NCBI GenBank assembly: GCA_046497275.1
Contig: JAWOFX010000041.1
Coordinates: 8,484-72,483, forward strand
DNA: 64,000 nucleotides
Direction: 5' to 3'
DNA from: Promethearchaeia archaeon
GTDB lineage: Archaea; Asgardarchaeota; Lokiarchaeia; Sigyniarchaeales; SOKP01
Made by a program: the position numbers and the translations under genes. The first letter of the stretch is position 1. Every line of letters starts with the position of its first letter. Shown here piece after piece: positions 37,184 through 46,834 of this stretch. Below the pieces are notes generated by a model, which had not been told where the DNA came from, searched no databases, and was given only the letters and a program-made list of their open reading frames with translations.

Positions 37184-40100
37184 TTAAATATTTTTAGATT
37201 CTAAAGATTTCTTTGCAACTAATTCAGGATAAAGAAAATTAAATTCTTCATCAAATAATTTTTGGTTCATCCATATCTTATCTGCTTTATTCCATTCAAG
37301 ATTTTGAAAAGGATTATATTCCTCTCTAAAAGATAAATCTCCGAATAAATTTTCCAAGAATGGTGTTCCATCCAATAAATCATTAAGAATTAGATATTTT
37401 TCTATATCTAAATATTGAAAGATTTTGTCAAAATGTGGAATAAATTCACCGATATTGCAGTCGGGTAGCAATAATTTAATCAATAATCCATTTTCAAAAA
37501 AAATATCCTCCCCAAGCCCAGAAAAAAAATAGGTACCTTCTATTTCATAAAGAAATCCAAAATTAAAAAAACTAAATATTTTAATGAGTTGAGGAATGAT
37601 TTCCTTTTTTACATTAGGAAGAATAATCGTTAACTCTTCGATTAATCCAAAATTTTTTAAATCAATGAATGGAAAAATTAATTCTTTTTTTACAAGATAC
37701 TCAATATTTTCAATTTCAGTCTGATCTCTTAAGGCTAAAATTGTCTTCAGATCTGTTTTTTGAAAGCTATATAAATTTTTCAAAATCTTGAATTCTTTCG
37801 AATCTGGCGTGAATTTATCACCTGTCTTTAAATTGCCTAATTCATATTCTTTAATGATTGAAGTTTTAATCTTATATTCTGGATTAAATAAAAGTTTTTG
37901 ATAAAATGATTTAAATCGATTTGGATTTAGATCCCATCCCTTTGGAGAGACATTATAATCAAAATGAAAAAGTTGATAAACCTTTTTAATATAGAACAAA
38001 CAATATTCATTAATTATTTTTTTAGATTTTGTTAACCAATTCAGATAAGAATCATTTGGATTTCTATAAGGAAATAGATAACTAATCAACAAACATTTTG
38101 ATTTGTCTATATATCCGGGATATTTTACATCATCAAAAGTATTAATCAAAAGCAATTTAAAATCGATTTCATTAAGATTTGATGGATTGATATAGAGATA
38201 ATAACAAGAATACCCAAATTTTTGGTAATTGGGAATAAAATATATATGGTTTATGTATTTTTGAAAAAAGGAATCTTGTTTTTTTTCCTTAAATTTCCTA
38301 TTATTTAAAAGATTGGAAGTTAATTTTTGATGGAAATTTTTTAATTCCTCAAATTCCTTAAGAGAAAATTCAATTTTCTCACGAGAGACTCTATCAGTAA
38401 TTTCTTCTACTAATGAGTCCATATAATTTTTTTCTTTAAACCAAAATAAAGATTCTTTCTTATTTTCTACATATTCTAACTCTTTTAATTTTTGTCCGAA
38501 AATAGCTTTTGTGTATTTAAAATATTCTTTAAATAAATCTTGCGTATAAAAAAACTCATTTTTCTCAAAATCATAAAAATCTCTCCTAGAATATGGTTTG
38601 AAAAAACCATCAAAAAAATATCTTCTCAGACTCAGCAAATTATCTTCAAATAAATTATATATTAATGATATGAATGAAAGTTTTTCATGGGAAATAATAT
38701 TATGAGTCCAAATTTGTAAACAGAAAATTTCTGAATCATAAAAAACATCATCTCCACCATAATAAAGAACTCGTGGAAATCTTCGTTTAAATGTATTGTA
38801 TAGTTTTAATGTTTCCTCAGTTTTTTTCACTATTATTTGTAAAAAATAATTCGCAAATACCCCCACACTTAATGTTGAAATTAATAGAGGTTTTATTAAA
38901 GGTGGTTCGCTGAAAATGAAAGAATTGAGTTTTTCTTGTAAATACTCCTTGCTTAAATCAGAGATTATATTTTTTTGATAGAGCTTTTCTAATTTATTTT
39001 CCTTTGTCAAAAATATCCTATTTATTAGATTTCTGTATTGAATAATTTTAATTATTGCATCCATATTATAGATTTTTAGATTTTCACATGAAGAGAAATA
39101 ATCTCGAAATATCTCATATTTTCGCTTTCTCATGAAAAATTGTTTCCGATCCTTAAAGTAAAGTGGAAAAATTTCTTGAAAAAGGATTTTTTTTATTACC
39201 TCTCGCATTACTTTCTGGTCTTTATTTAATAATCTAGAAATTTTTTTGTTTTTTAAGAAATTCTCGAGATCATAAATATCCTCTATCTCATTTTTATGAA
39301 TAGATTCAAGTATTATATCGATAGATTCCATTAAATAATTTAATAATTCCAGAACGAAAAAAAAACCGAACTTTTTATTATTTTCAGTAAAATAAACAAA
39401 TTGGTCTATATAACTTTTATTTTCCCTAATTTGTTTAATATTTTCTCTAAAATCTTTTAAGAATTTTTTTTGACTCATTAGTTCATTGAATAAATCAGAT
39501 TTTAGAGATTTTAATGCTTTATTTATTTGTTCAAAAGAGAAACCGGTAACTGAATAATATCTAACACGATCTAGTATGATAAAATCCAAAATAGAAAGAG
39601 GGAGCTTTTTGTCTAACTTTTGGTGAACCATTTTGAAATAAATTTCATATTCTTGTTTATAATCTCTATGTGTAATATCGATTATTCTTTTCTTTTTAGT
39701 GAATTTCTCTCGAAAATAATTAAAGTTTAGAGAATTGTGGATTTCATTTTCATGCATAAATAAAATATCAGACAAGTAACCTAAATTTTTTATTTTATTC
39801 AAAAAATTAATCAATTCATTCTTATAGACTTTCGGAATAACAAACCAACCAAAAATTTGAATAGAAAAATCATTTTGCGATGAGGAAGATTGGTAAAAAA
39901 AGGGTAATTTACTGATAAAACTATTTAATTGATGTTTTGAAAAAATTGGATGAAATTTAAAGATTATAAAAAAAACTTCAATTCTTAACAACCGCCAATT
40001 AACCTGATAAGATGGTCCTATATAAGTAAAATCTTTTATCCATCGTAAATTTTTGATAAAATCTCTTAAACTCAATTTTGTTTTTATTTTCCCGCTATTT

Positions 40101-40834
40101 TTATATTCAAGAAAATAGCTTTTATAATCAACTAAAGCTCGATATTTTTTTTTATCATAAAAAATATCTATTAGGATTCGAATTGTTTCGATTATCTCAT
40201 CATTATGAATGGATTTTGATGTTTTGTAAGCAAAATTTTTAAAAATTACATCATATATCTCTTTTTTACTTCTTTCGAAGATAGAGAGATTATTTCGTAT
40301 AAAATGAAAAAAAAATTCAGTAGCTGTATCTATTTCTTCCTGCCGTATTTTAAGATCGAAGAATTCTTTTAATCTATCATAATGGGAGCTAAGATATTCA
40401 TAATTTATCAATTTTTTTGTGATTTTTTCTCTCCACTCATCAATGATATTCATTCCTTGAAGATTAAGTTCAACTATTTGATTAATAAATATCTTAACAG
40501 CATCATTATTAGATAAGGAAAAAGGTAAAAAAGTTAAATAAGCTTCTCTTAAAAGAATAATAGGCAAGAATTTTAGAAATTTTTTTGATATCGTAATTTT
40601 TAACTGATTATTGAAATAATCTCGAATCACTCCTGGATTTAATATCATATTATTCTTATCGGAAGGAATTGATTCTGTGAATTCAAATTTTACATTTTTT
40701 TGTGTGCTCTCAATATCTAAAAATATTTCCAACTCCAGGATTATATTTGAAAAAATATTATTAATATGGTCAATGTTCAAGTAATTAAGGTTAGTTTTCA
40801 GAAATTTAAGATTTAGCTGCTTTACCATTTTCAT
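37184..40834 (-). CDS. Giant 1216-aa orphan protein (K/N/I/F/Y-rich), possibly built from degenerate HTH+RAM-like modules
   Basis: A 3.65-kb uninterrupted ORF, unlikely by chance in AT-rich (stop-codon-rich) sequence. No catalytic motif recognised. Confidence 0.5.
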   Translation of the reverse strand: MKMVKQLNLKFLKTNLNYLNIDHINNIFSNIILELEIFLDIESTQKNVKFEFTESIPSDKNNMILNPGVIRDYFNNQLKITISKKFLKFLPIILLREAYLTFLPFSLSNNDAVKIFINQIVELNLQGMNIIDEWREKITKKLINYEYLSSHYDRLKEFFDLKIRQEEIDTATEFFFHFIRNNLSIFERSKKEIYDVIFKNFAYKTSKSIHNDEIIETIRILIDIFYDKKKYRALVDYKSYFLEYKNSGKIKTKLSLRDFIKNLRWIKDFTYIGPSYQVNWRLLRIEVFFIIFKFHPIFSKHQLNSFISKLPFFYQSSSSQNDFSIQIFGWFVIPKVYKNELINFLNKIKNLGYLSDILFMHENEIHNSLNFNYFREKFTKKKRIIDITHRDYKQEYEIYFKMVHQKLDKKLPLSILDFIILDRVRYYSVTGFSFEQINKALKSLKSDLFNELMSQKKFLKDFRENIKQIRENKSYIDQFVYFTENNKKFGFFFVLELLNYLMESIDIILESIHKNEIEDIYDLENFLKNKKISRLLNKDQKVMREVIKKILFQEIFPLYFKDRKQFFMRKRKYEIFRDYFSSCENLKIYNMDAIIKIIQYRNLINRIFLTKENKLEKLYQKNIISDLSKEYLQEKLNSFIFSEPPLIKPLLISTLSVGVFANYFLQIIVKKTEETLKLYNTFKRRFPRVLYYGGDDVFYDSEIFCLQIWTHNIISHEKLSFISLIYNLFEDNLLSLRRYFFDGFFKPYSRRDFYDFEKNEFFYTQDLFKEYFKYTKAIFGQKLKELEYVENKKESLFWFKEKNYMDSLVEEITDRVSREKIEFSLKEFEELKNFHQKLTSNLLNNRKFKEKKQDSFFQKYINHIYFIPNYQKFGYSCYYLYINPSNLNEIDFKLLLINTFDDVKYPGYIDKSKCLLISYLFPYRNPNDSYLNWLTKSKKIINEYCLFYIKKVYQLFHFDYNVSPKGWDLNPNRFKSFYQKLLFNPEYKIKTSIIKEYELGNLKTGDKFTPDSKEFKILKNLYSFQKTDLKTILALRDQTEIENIEYLVKKELIFPFIDLKNFGLIEELTIILPNVKKEIIPQLIKIFSFFNFGFLYEIEGTYFFSGLGEDIFFENGLLIKLLLPDCNIGEFIPHFDKIFQYLDIEKYLILNDLLDGTPFLENLFGDLSFREEYNPFQNLEWNKADKIWMNQKLFDEEFNFLYPELVAKKSLESKNI

Positions 40835-41102
40835 TTAAGAATTCTAGGTAATCAATATTTCAATATTTACTTACCCAACTAGTTTAATATTAAGCTTTTA
40901 AAAATATTTAAATATATAATTTAATGTATGATTTAAAATAAAAAGATTAATATAACTTCTTTTTGAATTTCTATTTTACCTATTGAAAGGAAAGTTTTTT
41001 TCTTATTAAAAAATCCATAAATTTGGTTGAAGTATATTCAATTTAGAATTAAGATGTTCTTAAAAGAAAAAAGAAAAATATAAACTGGTTTACTTTAATA
41101 GC

Positions 41103-41219
41103 TTAGGGTCCGCTTTCAGAACAGCCAGGCATAAGCATACTTACGCCTGTTGTTGCCATGCTTAACCCATATGCTACAACCAGCATTAAAACTAATACTG
41201 CAATTGTTTTTTTTTTCAT
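41103..41219 (-). CDS. Unannotated 38-aa signal-peptide-like mini-protein MKKKTIAVLVLMLVVAYGLSMATTGVSMLMPGCSESGP
   Basis: ATG at 41219 is preceded by TTTTATATA (minus strand, 41265..41273). KKK n-region plus hydrophobic core. Lies 109 nt downstream of the E1-like gene on the same strand. Confidence 0.4.
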   Translation of the reverse strand: MKKKTIAVLVLMLVVAYGLSMATTGVSMLMPGCSESGP

Positions 41220-41328
41220 AATTAATACCAAAATATTATTGGTACTTTTAAGTATCGATTCACCTATATAAAACCCACAAAAATTTTCTTTTATAGTAAA
41301 AATTATTGTATAAAAATCCATTAAGAAA

Positions 41329-42324
41329 TTAAGTATTTAACTTATATTTATTACAGAGACATGTGTTTAGTTTTTTAATCGGGACTTTAATAATTTCAAT
41401 GTTGTGTGCATCATAAATTAAAAAACAACCATGCAAACCATAATCAATATCATTTATATCAAATATAATTAAATTTGACATAATACTTCCAATTATAATA
41501 GCAACTAATCCCAAACTATAACCATATTTATCCCCTTTATTTTGAGTTTTGTATCGTAAAAATGGAATAGTATCAAAAATATCCTTAGAAGCAAATATGT
41601 CTCTTAAGCAAGGGGTTCTTTTTGAGGGAGAGTAGGAATAAGTCTCTCCCAGAAAATAATTTATCCCCCCCCAGTAAAATGATTTTCTATTCTTTACACA
41701 TAAATCATTAATAAGATAGGGTGCTCCCTTGTAATCCATGGCATTAATAACATAATCACTTTCAGAGATTATTGAATTTATCCTTACAACGTTTTCAGGG
41801 TATTCATTTGAAGAGATTTCTAATAGTTCCAAATCTTTCGGATAGTTCAATTCTATATTATATTTTTCAATTTTTATTTCAGGGTTGATTTCTAAAAGTT
41901 TCTCTTGAGTAGATTCTGTTTTAGGTTTCCCAATATCTTTTGGAGTATATAATGTTTGACGATTTAAATTAGAAAGTTCTACTTTATCATAGTCTATAAT
42001 ATAAAAATTGCTCACCCCAGAGTATACTAAATTCATTAATACATTAGTTCCAATTCCTCCTAATCCAAAAACAGTTATTTTTGCATCCTTAATTTTTTTT
42101 TGATTTAATAAAGGATTTTGGAGCTGTCGACTCCATCTTGTCTGTTCTATAGAACTTAAAGAATTTATATCAATTTCTTTATTTTTTAAGTCATTAGAAA
42201 TTTGTTCAATTTGCCTTAAAAACAATTTCTTTTTAACACTCTTTAAATCAGGTTGATTTTTATATCTCTTATCTAAAATTTTATTTATGAATTTGATCTT
42301 GAATTGTTTTTTTGAGTTCATCAT
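41329..42324 (-). CDS. ThiF/MoeB/E1-like adenylyltransferase with an N-terminal extension of about 75 aa
   Basis: TRWSRQLQ..., Rossmann ITVFGLGGIGTNVLMNLVYSGV, IIDYDKVELSNLNRQ, AMDYKGAPYLIND, crossover-loop PCLRDIF, and C-terminal CLC. Confidence 0.75.
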   Translation of the reverse strand: MMNSKKQFKIKFINKILDKRYKNQPDLKSVKKKLFLRQIEQISNDLKNKEIDINSLSSIEQTRWSRQLQNPLLNQKKIKDAKITVFGLGGIGTNVLMNLVYSGVSNFYIIDYDKVELSNLNRQTLYTPKDIGKPKTESTQEKLLEINPEIKIEKYNIELNYPKDLELLEISSNEYPENVVRINSIISESDYVINAMDYKGAPYLINDLCVKNRKSFYWGGINYFLGETYSYSPSKRTPCLRDIFASKDIFDTIPFLRYKTQNKGDKYGYSLGLVAIIIGSIMSNLIIFDINDIDYGLHGCFLIYDAHNIEIIKVPIKKLNTCLCNKYKLNT

Positions 42325-42662
42325 TAAATTGAGTTTAGAAATTTTGCTGTATGTTATTCCATTCTAAACTTTATTAACTAAAATAATTTATTTCTCAGTT
42401 TTGTTTGCTCAATATTTAGGTTTAATAAAATTAAATTTAACACTTTTTTTCAATCTCCAATATTCCCTTATATAATCTAGTTTTTAAGAAATTACAATTG
42501 TATTGAATACTTATCAAGATCGATCAATTTTCCCGCAGAAAATAATGATTTCATCATTATAGATTGAAAATTTGTTCGAAAAGACAAGTTTTTAATTCTT
42601 CTTTTATTTTTTTAATCATATTACTAATAATTAAAAAAATAATAAAATAAGTTGATATATAT

Positions 42663-44129
42663 ATGGCAAGACCTAGCCCATTAGAAGTATATGGATTACT
42701 AGATAAGTCAAACTGTGGGGATTGTGGATATGACACTTGTATGGCTTTCGCAACTGACATGCTTGAACGTAAAGTTAGGATAGAAGATTGCACCCATCTG
42801 ATGGAAGATCCAAAACAGAGAAAAAATCGTGAAAAACTGAAAGAAATGATTATGCCTCCTCAAAAACCCGTACGCATTGGCATGGGAGATCGAGAAGTGA
42901 CAATAGGAGGTGAAGAAGTTTTGATGCGGCACCAATTAACGTATTATAATCAAACCGCTATTTTTGTAGAAGTTGAAGATACTGAAGAAGAATTAGTTGA
43001 TCGTGTAAAATATCTTACTGATGTTTTCGTTGAAAGGATCGGTGAAACCTTAGTAATACAAGGAATTGCTCTCAGATGTGTTTCCAAGAATGCTGATGAC
43101 TTTAAAAAAGCTGCTAAAAAAGTAGCTGAAAATACCAATTTGCCTATAATGCTTTGTTGCTTAGAACCGGAATTTCTTATAAAGGCAGCAACTGAGATAA
43201 AAGATGTCAAACCCGCGTTATATGCTGCAACGAAAGACACTTGGGAAAAAGTAGGAACATTTGCAGTCCAAAATGAATTGCCTGTTGTTGTGGTAACTCC
43301 AACTGGAGATCTTGATGAATTAATGTCTCTTAGTGCTACTCTTCAAAAATTGGGATCGGAGCAAATTATTTTAGATCCAGGTACCTTTTACGGTCCGGGA
43401 AATATAAAATTAACTTACGATAACCTTGAACAATTACGGATTGCTGCTATTAATAAGGAAAATGAGAATGCTGGTTGGCCTATTATGGGCGTTCCCGCTG
43501 CTTATTGGACCCAATTTGAGGATATAGAGGGAGATGATGGAGATTTATGGAGACATAAATATCAAGAAGTAATTATGGGATCTATTATGATTTCAAAGGC
43601 TGCTTCTTTAATAGTGGTTCACACAGGGAAACAGGATGAAGATATTTGGGCGCTTTTAGCTATGATGACGCTACGACAGGCTATTTATTCGGATCCAAGA
43701 ATTTATCCTACAGTTGATGCTGGTATTTACGAAGTTGGAGAGCCAGGACCAGAATCTCCTATATTTGTCACCTCTAATTATCGTCTAACTAAGATACCAG
43801 TAGAAATTGATATTAAAAGTGCAAATTTAGATGCATGGTTATTGGTATCTGATAGTGAGGGAATTGGAATTGAAAGTGCTGTTGCAGGAGGTCAATTTTC
43901 AGCAACATCTATTGCTGATGATGTAAAAGAATTTAAGATATTTGATAAAGTAAATCATAGGATATTAATCATCCCTGGTATGGCTGCACGTCTTAGTGGT
44001 GCACTGGAAGATGAAGCTGATGCATTCGTACTTGTTGGTCCACGTGATAGTTCTGGTATTGGTAAATATATTTCTGAAATGTGGAAACCAGACGAATATA
44101 TGAAAGAATATGAAGAGAGAGGAGAATAA
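42663..44129 (+). CDS. cdhE: Acetyl-CoA decarbonylase/synthase gamma subunit (corrinoid Fe-S protein large subunit, CdhE/AcsC)
   Basis: N-terminal 4Fe-4S motif LLDKSNCGDCGYDTCMAFA. Length 488 aa. TIM-barrel region and C-terminal B12-binding-like domain pattern. Confidence 0.8.
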   Translation: MARPSPLEVYGLLDKSNCGDCGYDTCMAFATDMLERKVRIEDCTHLMEDPKQRKNREKLKEMIMPPQKPVRIGMGDREVTIGGEEVLMRHQLTYYNQTAIFVEVEDTEEELVDRVKYLTDVFVERIGETLVIQGIALRCVSKNADDFKKAAKKVAENTNLPIMLCCLEPEFLIKAATEIKDVKPALYAATKDTWEKVGTFAVQNELPVVVVTPTGDLDELMSLSATLQKLGSEQIILDPGTFYGPGNIKLTYDNLEQLRIAAINKENENAGWPIMGVPAAYWTQFEDIEGDDGDLWRHKYQEVIMGSIMISKAASLIVVHTGKQDEDIWALLAMMTLRQAIYSDPRIYPTVDAGIYEVGEPGPESPIFVTSNYRLTKIPVEIDIKSANLDAWLLVSDSEGIGIESAVAGGQFSATSIADDVKEFKIFDKVNHRILIIPGMAARLSGALEDEADAFVLVGPRDSSGIGKYISEMWKPDEYMKEYEERGE

Positions 44130-44259
44130 TAAGAAGCAAAAAAGCGTTAATACATAAGTATTCTTTCTCTATTATTATTTTTAATTTTTTCTATTTTTGT
44201 TCCTTTTTAATGATTTTTCAAACGTTTAGTCTATTTTTTTTGAGTAAATATAGTTTTTT

Positions 44260-44916
44260 TCAAGAAATCTCTATTATTCTTTTAATCTTATTATTTGTCA
44301 GATATGAAATATCATCAAGGATTAAAATGGGGATATTGCATTCATTCTCAAGTTCAATATGGCTAGAAGTGCCTGTTAATAGTCCGATAAATGGGCATTC
44401 GAGCATAATAGCAAGATTTTTATCGCTAGGATTATCCCCAACAACTATGTAATTAAATTCTGGAAAGTTAGTTATAAAATATTGTTTTACTTTTGGATCT
44501 GTTTTTGCCTTAATCTCGCTTGATTCTCCTATAATGAAATCAAAATAATGCAAAATTCCCAAATTTTTCAATAGCTTAATTGCCAATTCTTTCTTTTTTG
44601 AAGTGACTACTCCAATAATAATATTTTCTTTACGTAAATCTTCTAATAATTTAATAACAGTGGGATATAATTCTACTTGATGTATGCCTTTTCTTGAATA
44701 AAAATCCCTAAAGGCTATAATTAATTTTTCTGGGTCAAAATTAGTGAATTTCTGGAATGCCTTTCGTAAAGGTATCCCTATAGTTTTAATAAGGTCTTCT
44801 GAGTTGATTTGAGGAAGTTTGAAATTCTCAAAAGCAAATTTAAAAGAGTTTAAGATACCTTGTTTATTGTTAATTAAGGTAAAGTCAAGATCAAAGCTTA
44901 CAACAATCTTTCTCAT
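44260..44916 (-). CDS. HAD-superfamily hydrolase (phosphoglycolate phosphatase/PpaX-like)
   Basis: Motif I VSFDLDFTLI, motif II VVTSK, and motif IV VGDNPSD. Overlaps the upstream TPR gene by 4 nt. Confidence 0.7.
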   Translation of the reverse strand: MRKIVVSFDLDFTLINNKQGILNSFKFAFENFKLPQINSEDLIKTIGIPLRKAFQKFTNFDPEKLIIAFRDFYSRKGIHQVELYPTVIKLLEDLRKENIIIGVVTSKKKELAIKLLKNLGILHYFDFIIGESSEIKAKTDPKVKQYFITNFPEFNYIVVGDNPSDKNLAIMLECPFIGLLTGTSSHIELENECNIPILILDDISYLTNNKIKRIIEIS

Positions 44917-46559
44917 AAGCGCCCAAATAGAGTCAATAAATATTTAATATCATCTGAGCCTTTAATTAATCTTTGAATTTTGAATGGCAAAGTATCAATA
45001 CTTACTTCCTTTCCCTCCGATAGCTTTTTAATTATAATATCTATCATTGTTTTGAAATCGTTTATTGTTTTACTTTCAGGTTCGATTTCATAAATTATCT
45101 CTTTTGCTTTATCTAATTTGCCGATCAGAATTAAAGATAAGGAAGCGATCACATAAGAATGGACAATATGAGAGTGGCCCACTTTTTTAAGATTAGCAGC
45201 ACGATAATAATACTTATAGGTATTCTTAATCATTTCTTTTAGTAAAAAATCCTTAGCAGTATCTAATTGTTCATAAAACTTAATACTCTCAAGAATTAGA
45301 GTAGCAGCAGTATAGAACTGTTTATTTTGTAATCCATCTTTTGCAATTGTGTTAAGTCCCCGAATAATTTGATTAAATAATCCATATCTGTTAAATTCTA
45401 AATTCCCTTCTACTGCTACATCATATGCATTTAAAAAACTTTCAGTTGATTTATTATGTTCTTCGATCTTCCAGAAGTTATTTCCCGCTTTCATGAAATG
45501 ACGGTAAGCCATTTCATAATTTTTAATCTGTTTGAAGATTTTTGCAGCATCAAAATAATTGATTGCAGTTTGATTAAAATCTTCTATCTTTTCACAATAA
45601 TTTCCTGCTAAAACAAAGCATGAAGCGGCTTCTAAATGATTTTCTTGAATATCTTTATAGCATAATGCTGCTCCTCGATAATATCTCGCAATTTTATAAA
45701 AATTTTTCTCATCCTTTGCTAATTGCTCAGCAACATTTATATACGAGCCCGCCTCTCTTTTCGAATAAAAAATATATTGCTCATTATCTTCAAGAAATTG
45801 ATAGAGATTTTTGAGAATTTGACTTATTTGAGCCAGAGCTAAGTTATCATTCTTTTTTCTAAATTTTTCGTAGAGTTCTGTGAAATAATCAATCGCATCT
45901 AATATAATATTTTTCGCATTTTTAAAATCATCCAATTCCTCATAGCATAGTGAAATTTGCTTAAAGGAATAGGAAAGAATATCAAAATAATTTAAAGTTT
46001 TCGCGAATTTGATCACTTTTGTATAGTATTCTATAGCTCTCTCAAAATTATTTAGTTTTAAATATAATTCGGCAATATTCTGAAAATTCTGGGCAATTTT
46101 TCTGCCTTCATTAAATTGTAAAAGTAATTCACTTTCTTGTTTTAAGAATCTAATACTTTTTAAGATATTTTTTCGCTCTAAATCAAACTTATTTAATTTT
46201 TCTCCATAAATTTCTGCTATCCGAAGAAATAATTCACTTATCTCATGAATTTTACCTTGCATCTGAAAAGAATGAATTTGCTCTTCCCAATAGGAGATTA
46301 CGTTTTCATATAAATCAAAAGTGCGTGTATATGCTATCTCTTCCAATAGTTCAGCAACTGAAAATAATAATTCGCCTGCCTCAAAATATTCATTTGTATG
46401 AATAATATTTTGCGCAAATTCAATTGAATCTGCGATGATCTGTTCAATTTTCTGGTTACGTATTGCCAAGTCTTCAATATCATCAATTTTGATTATTGAT
46501 TCTCTCACTTTCTGAAAATAATCAACATACTCCGAAAAACCCTCTCCTTCTATAATCAA
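44913..46559 (-). CDS. TPR-like helical repeat protein with a segment resembling alpha/gamma-SNAP
   Basis: Repeated A-x-x-Y/F-x-x-A helical hairpins. Segment NFYKIARYYRGAALCYKDIQENHLEAASCFVLAGNYCEKIEDFNQTAINYFDAAKIF resembles alpha-SNAP ...[55 protein letters not shown], quoted from memory. Confidence 0.5.
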   Translation of the reverse strand: MIIEGEGFSEYVDYFQKVRESIIKIDDIEDLAIRNQKIEQIIADSIEFAQNIIHTNEYFEAGELLFSVAELLEEIAYTRTFDLYENVISYWEEQIHSFQMQGKIHEISELFLRIAEIYGEKLNKFDLERKNILKSIRFLKQESELLLQFNEGRKIAQNFQNIAELYLKLNNFERAIEYYTKVIKFAKTLNYFDILSYSFKQISLCYEELDDFKNAKNIILDAIDYFTELYEKFRKKNDNLALAQISQILKNLYQFLEDNEQYIFYSKREAGSYINVAEQLAKDEKNFYKIARYYRGAALCYKDIQENHLEAASCFVLAGNYCEKIEDFNQTAINYFDAAKIFKQIKNYEMAYRHFMKAGNNFWKIEEHNKSTESFLNAYDVAVEGNLEFNRYGLFNQIIRGLNTIAKDGLQNKQFYTAATLILESIKFYEQLDTAKDFLLKEMIKNTYKYYYRAANLKKVGHSHIVHSYVIASLSLILIGKLDKAKEIIYEIEPESKTINDFKTMIDIIIKKLSEGKEVSIDTLPFKIQRLIKGSDDIKYLLTLFGRL

Positions 46560-46834
46560 TAATCATCTCAAATCTTTTTAAAGGCTAATGATAAAAATTA
46601 ATAAAACCATAAAAAAATTATTACTTTCAGTAGAAATCTACACAAATCTTAACACGAGGGACATCTTTCTTTTGGAAAAGTAAATGTTTATATGTCAACA
46701 ATAGCTTGGTGAAAATTGATTGAATCTCACTTTTTTATATAATAAAGACCTCCATAAAGTTAAGGATTAATTATAAATATCAGTTAAGATATTAATTCTG
46801 TAACTAAAAATTTAAATTTTAATTAAGAGTTGGA

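Noticed and set aside
41220-41321. N-terminal extension of the mini-ORF to 72 aa (MDFYTIIFTIKENF...)
   Set aside because: The extension would run through the TTTTATATA promoter-like element at 41265..41273 and has no coding-like features. The internal ATG at 41219 gives a coherent signal-peptide-like product.
42542-42560. ATAATGAT-TTC-ATCATTAT upstream of cdhE, and TAATTAGG-N6-CCTAATTA at 54658..54679, as regulatory palindromes
   Set aside because: Inverted repeats with 8-bp AT-rich arms are expected by chance in sequence this AT-rich. There is no second copy or conserved context to support a function. I mention them only as context.
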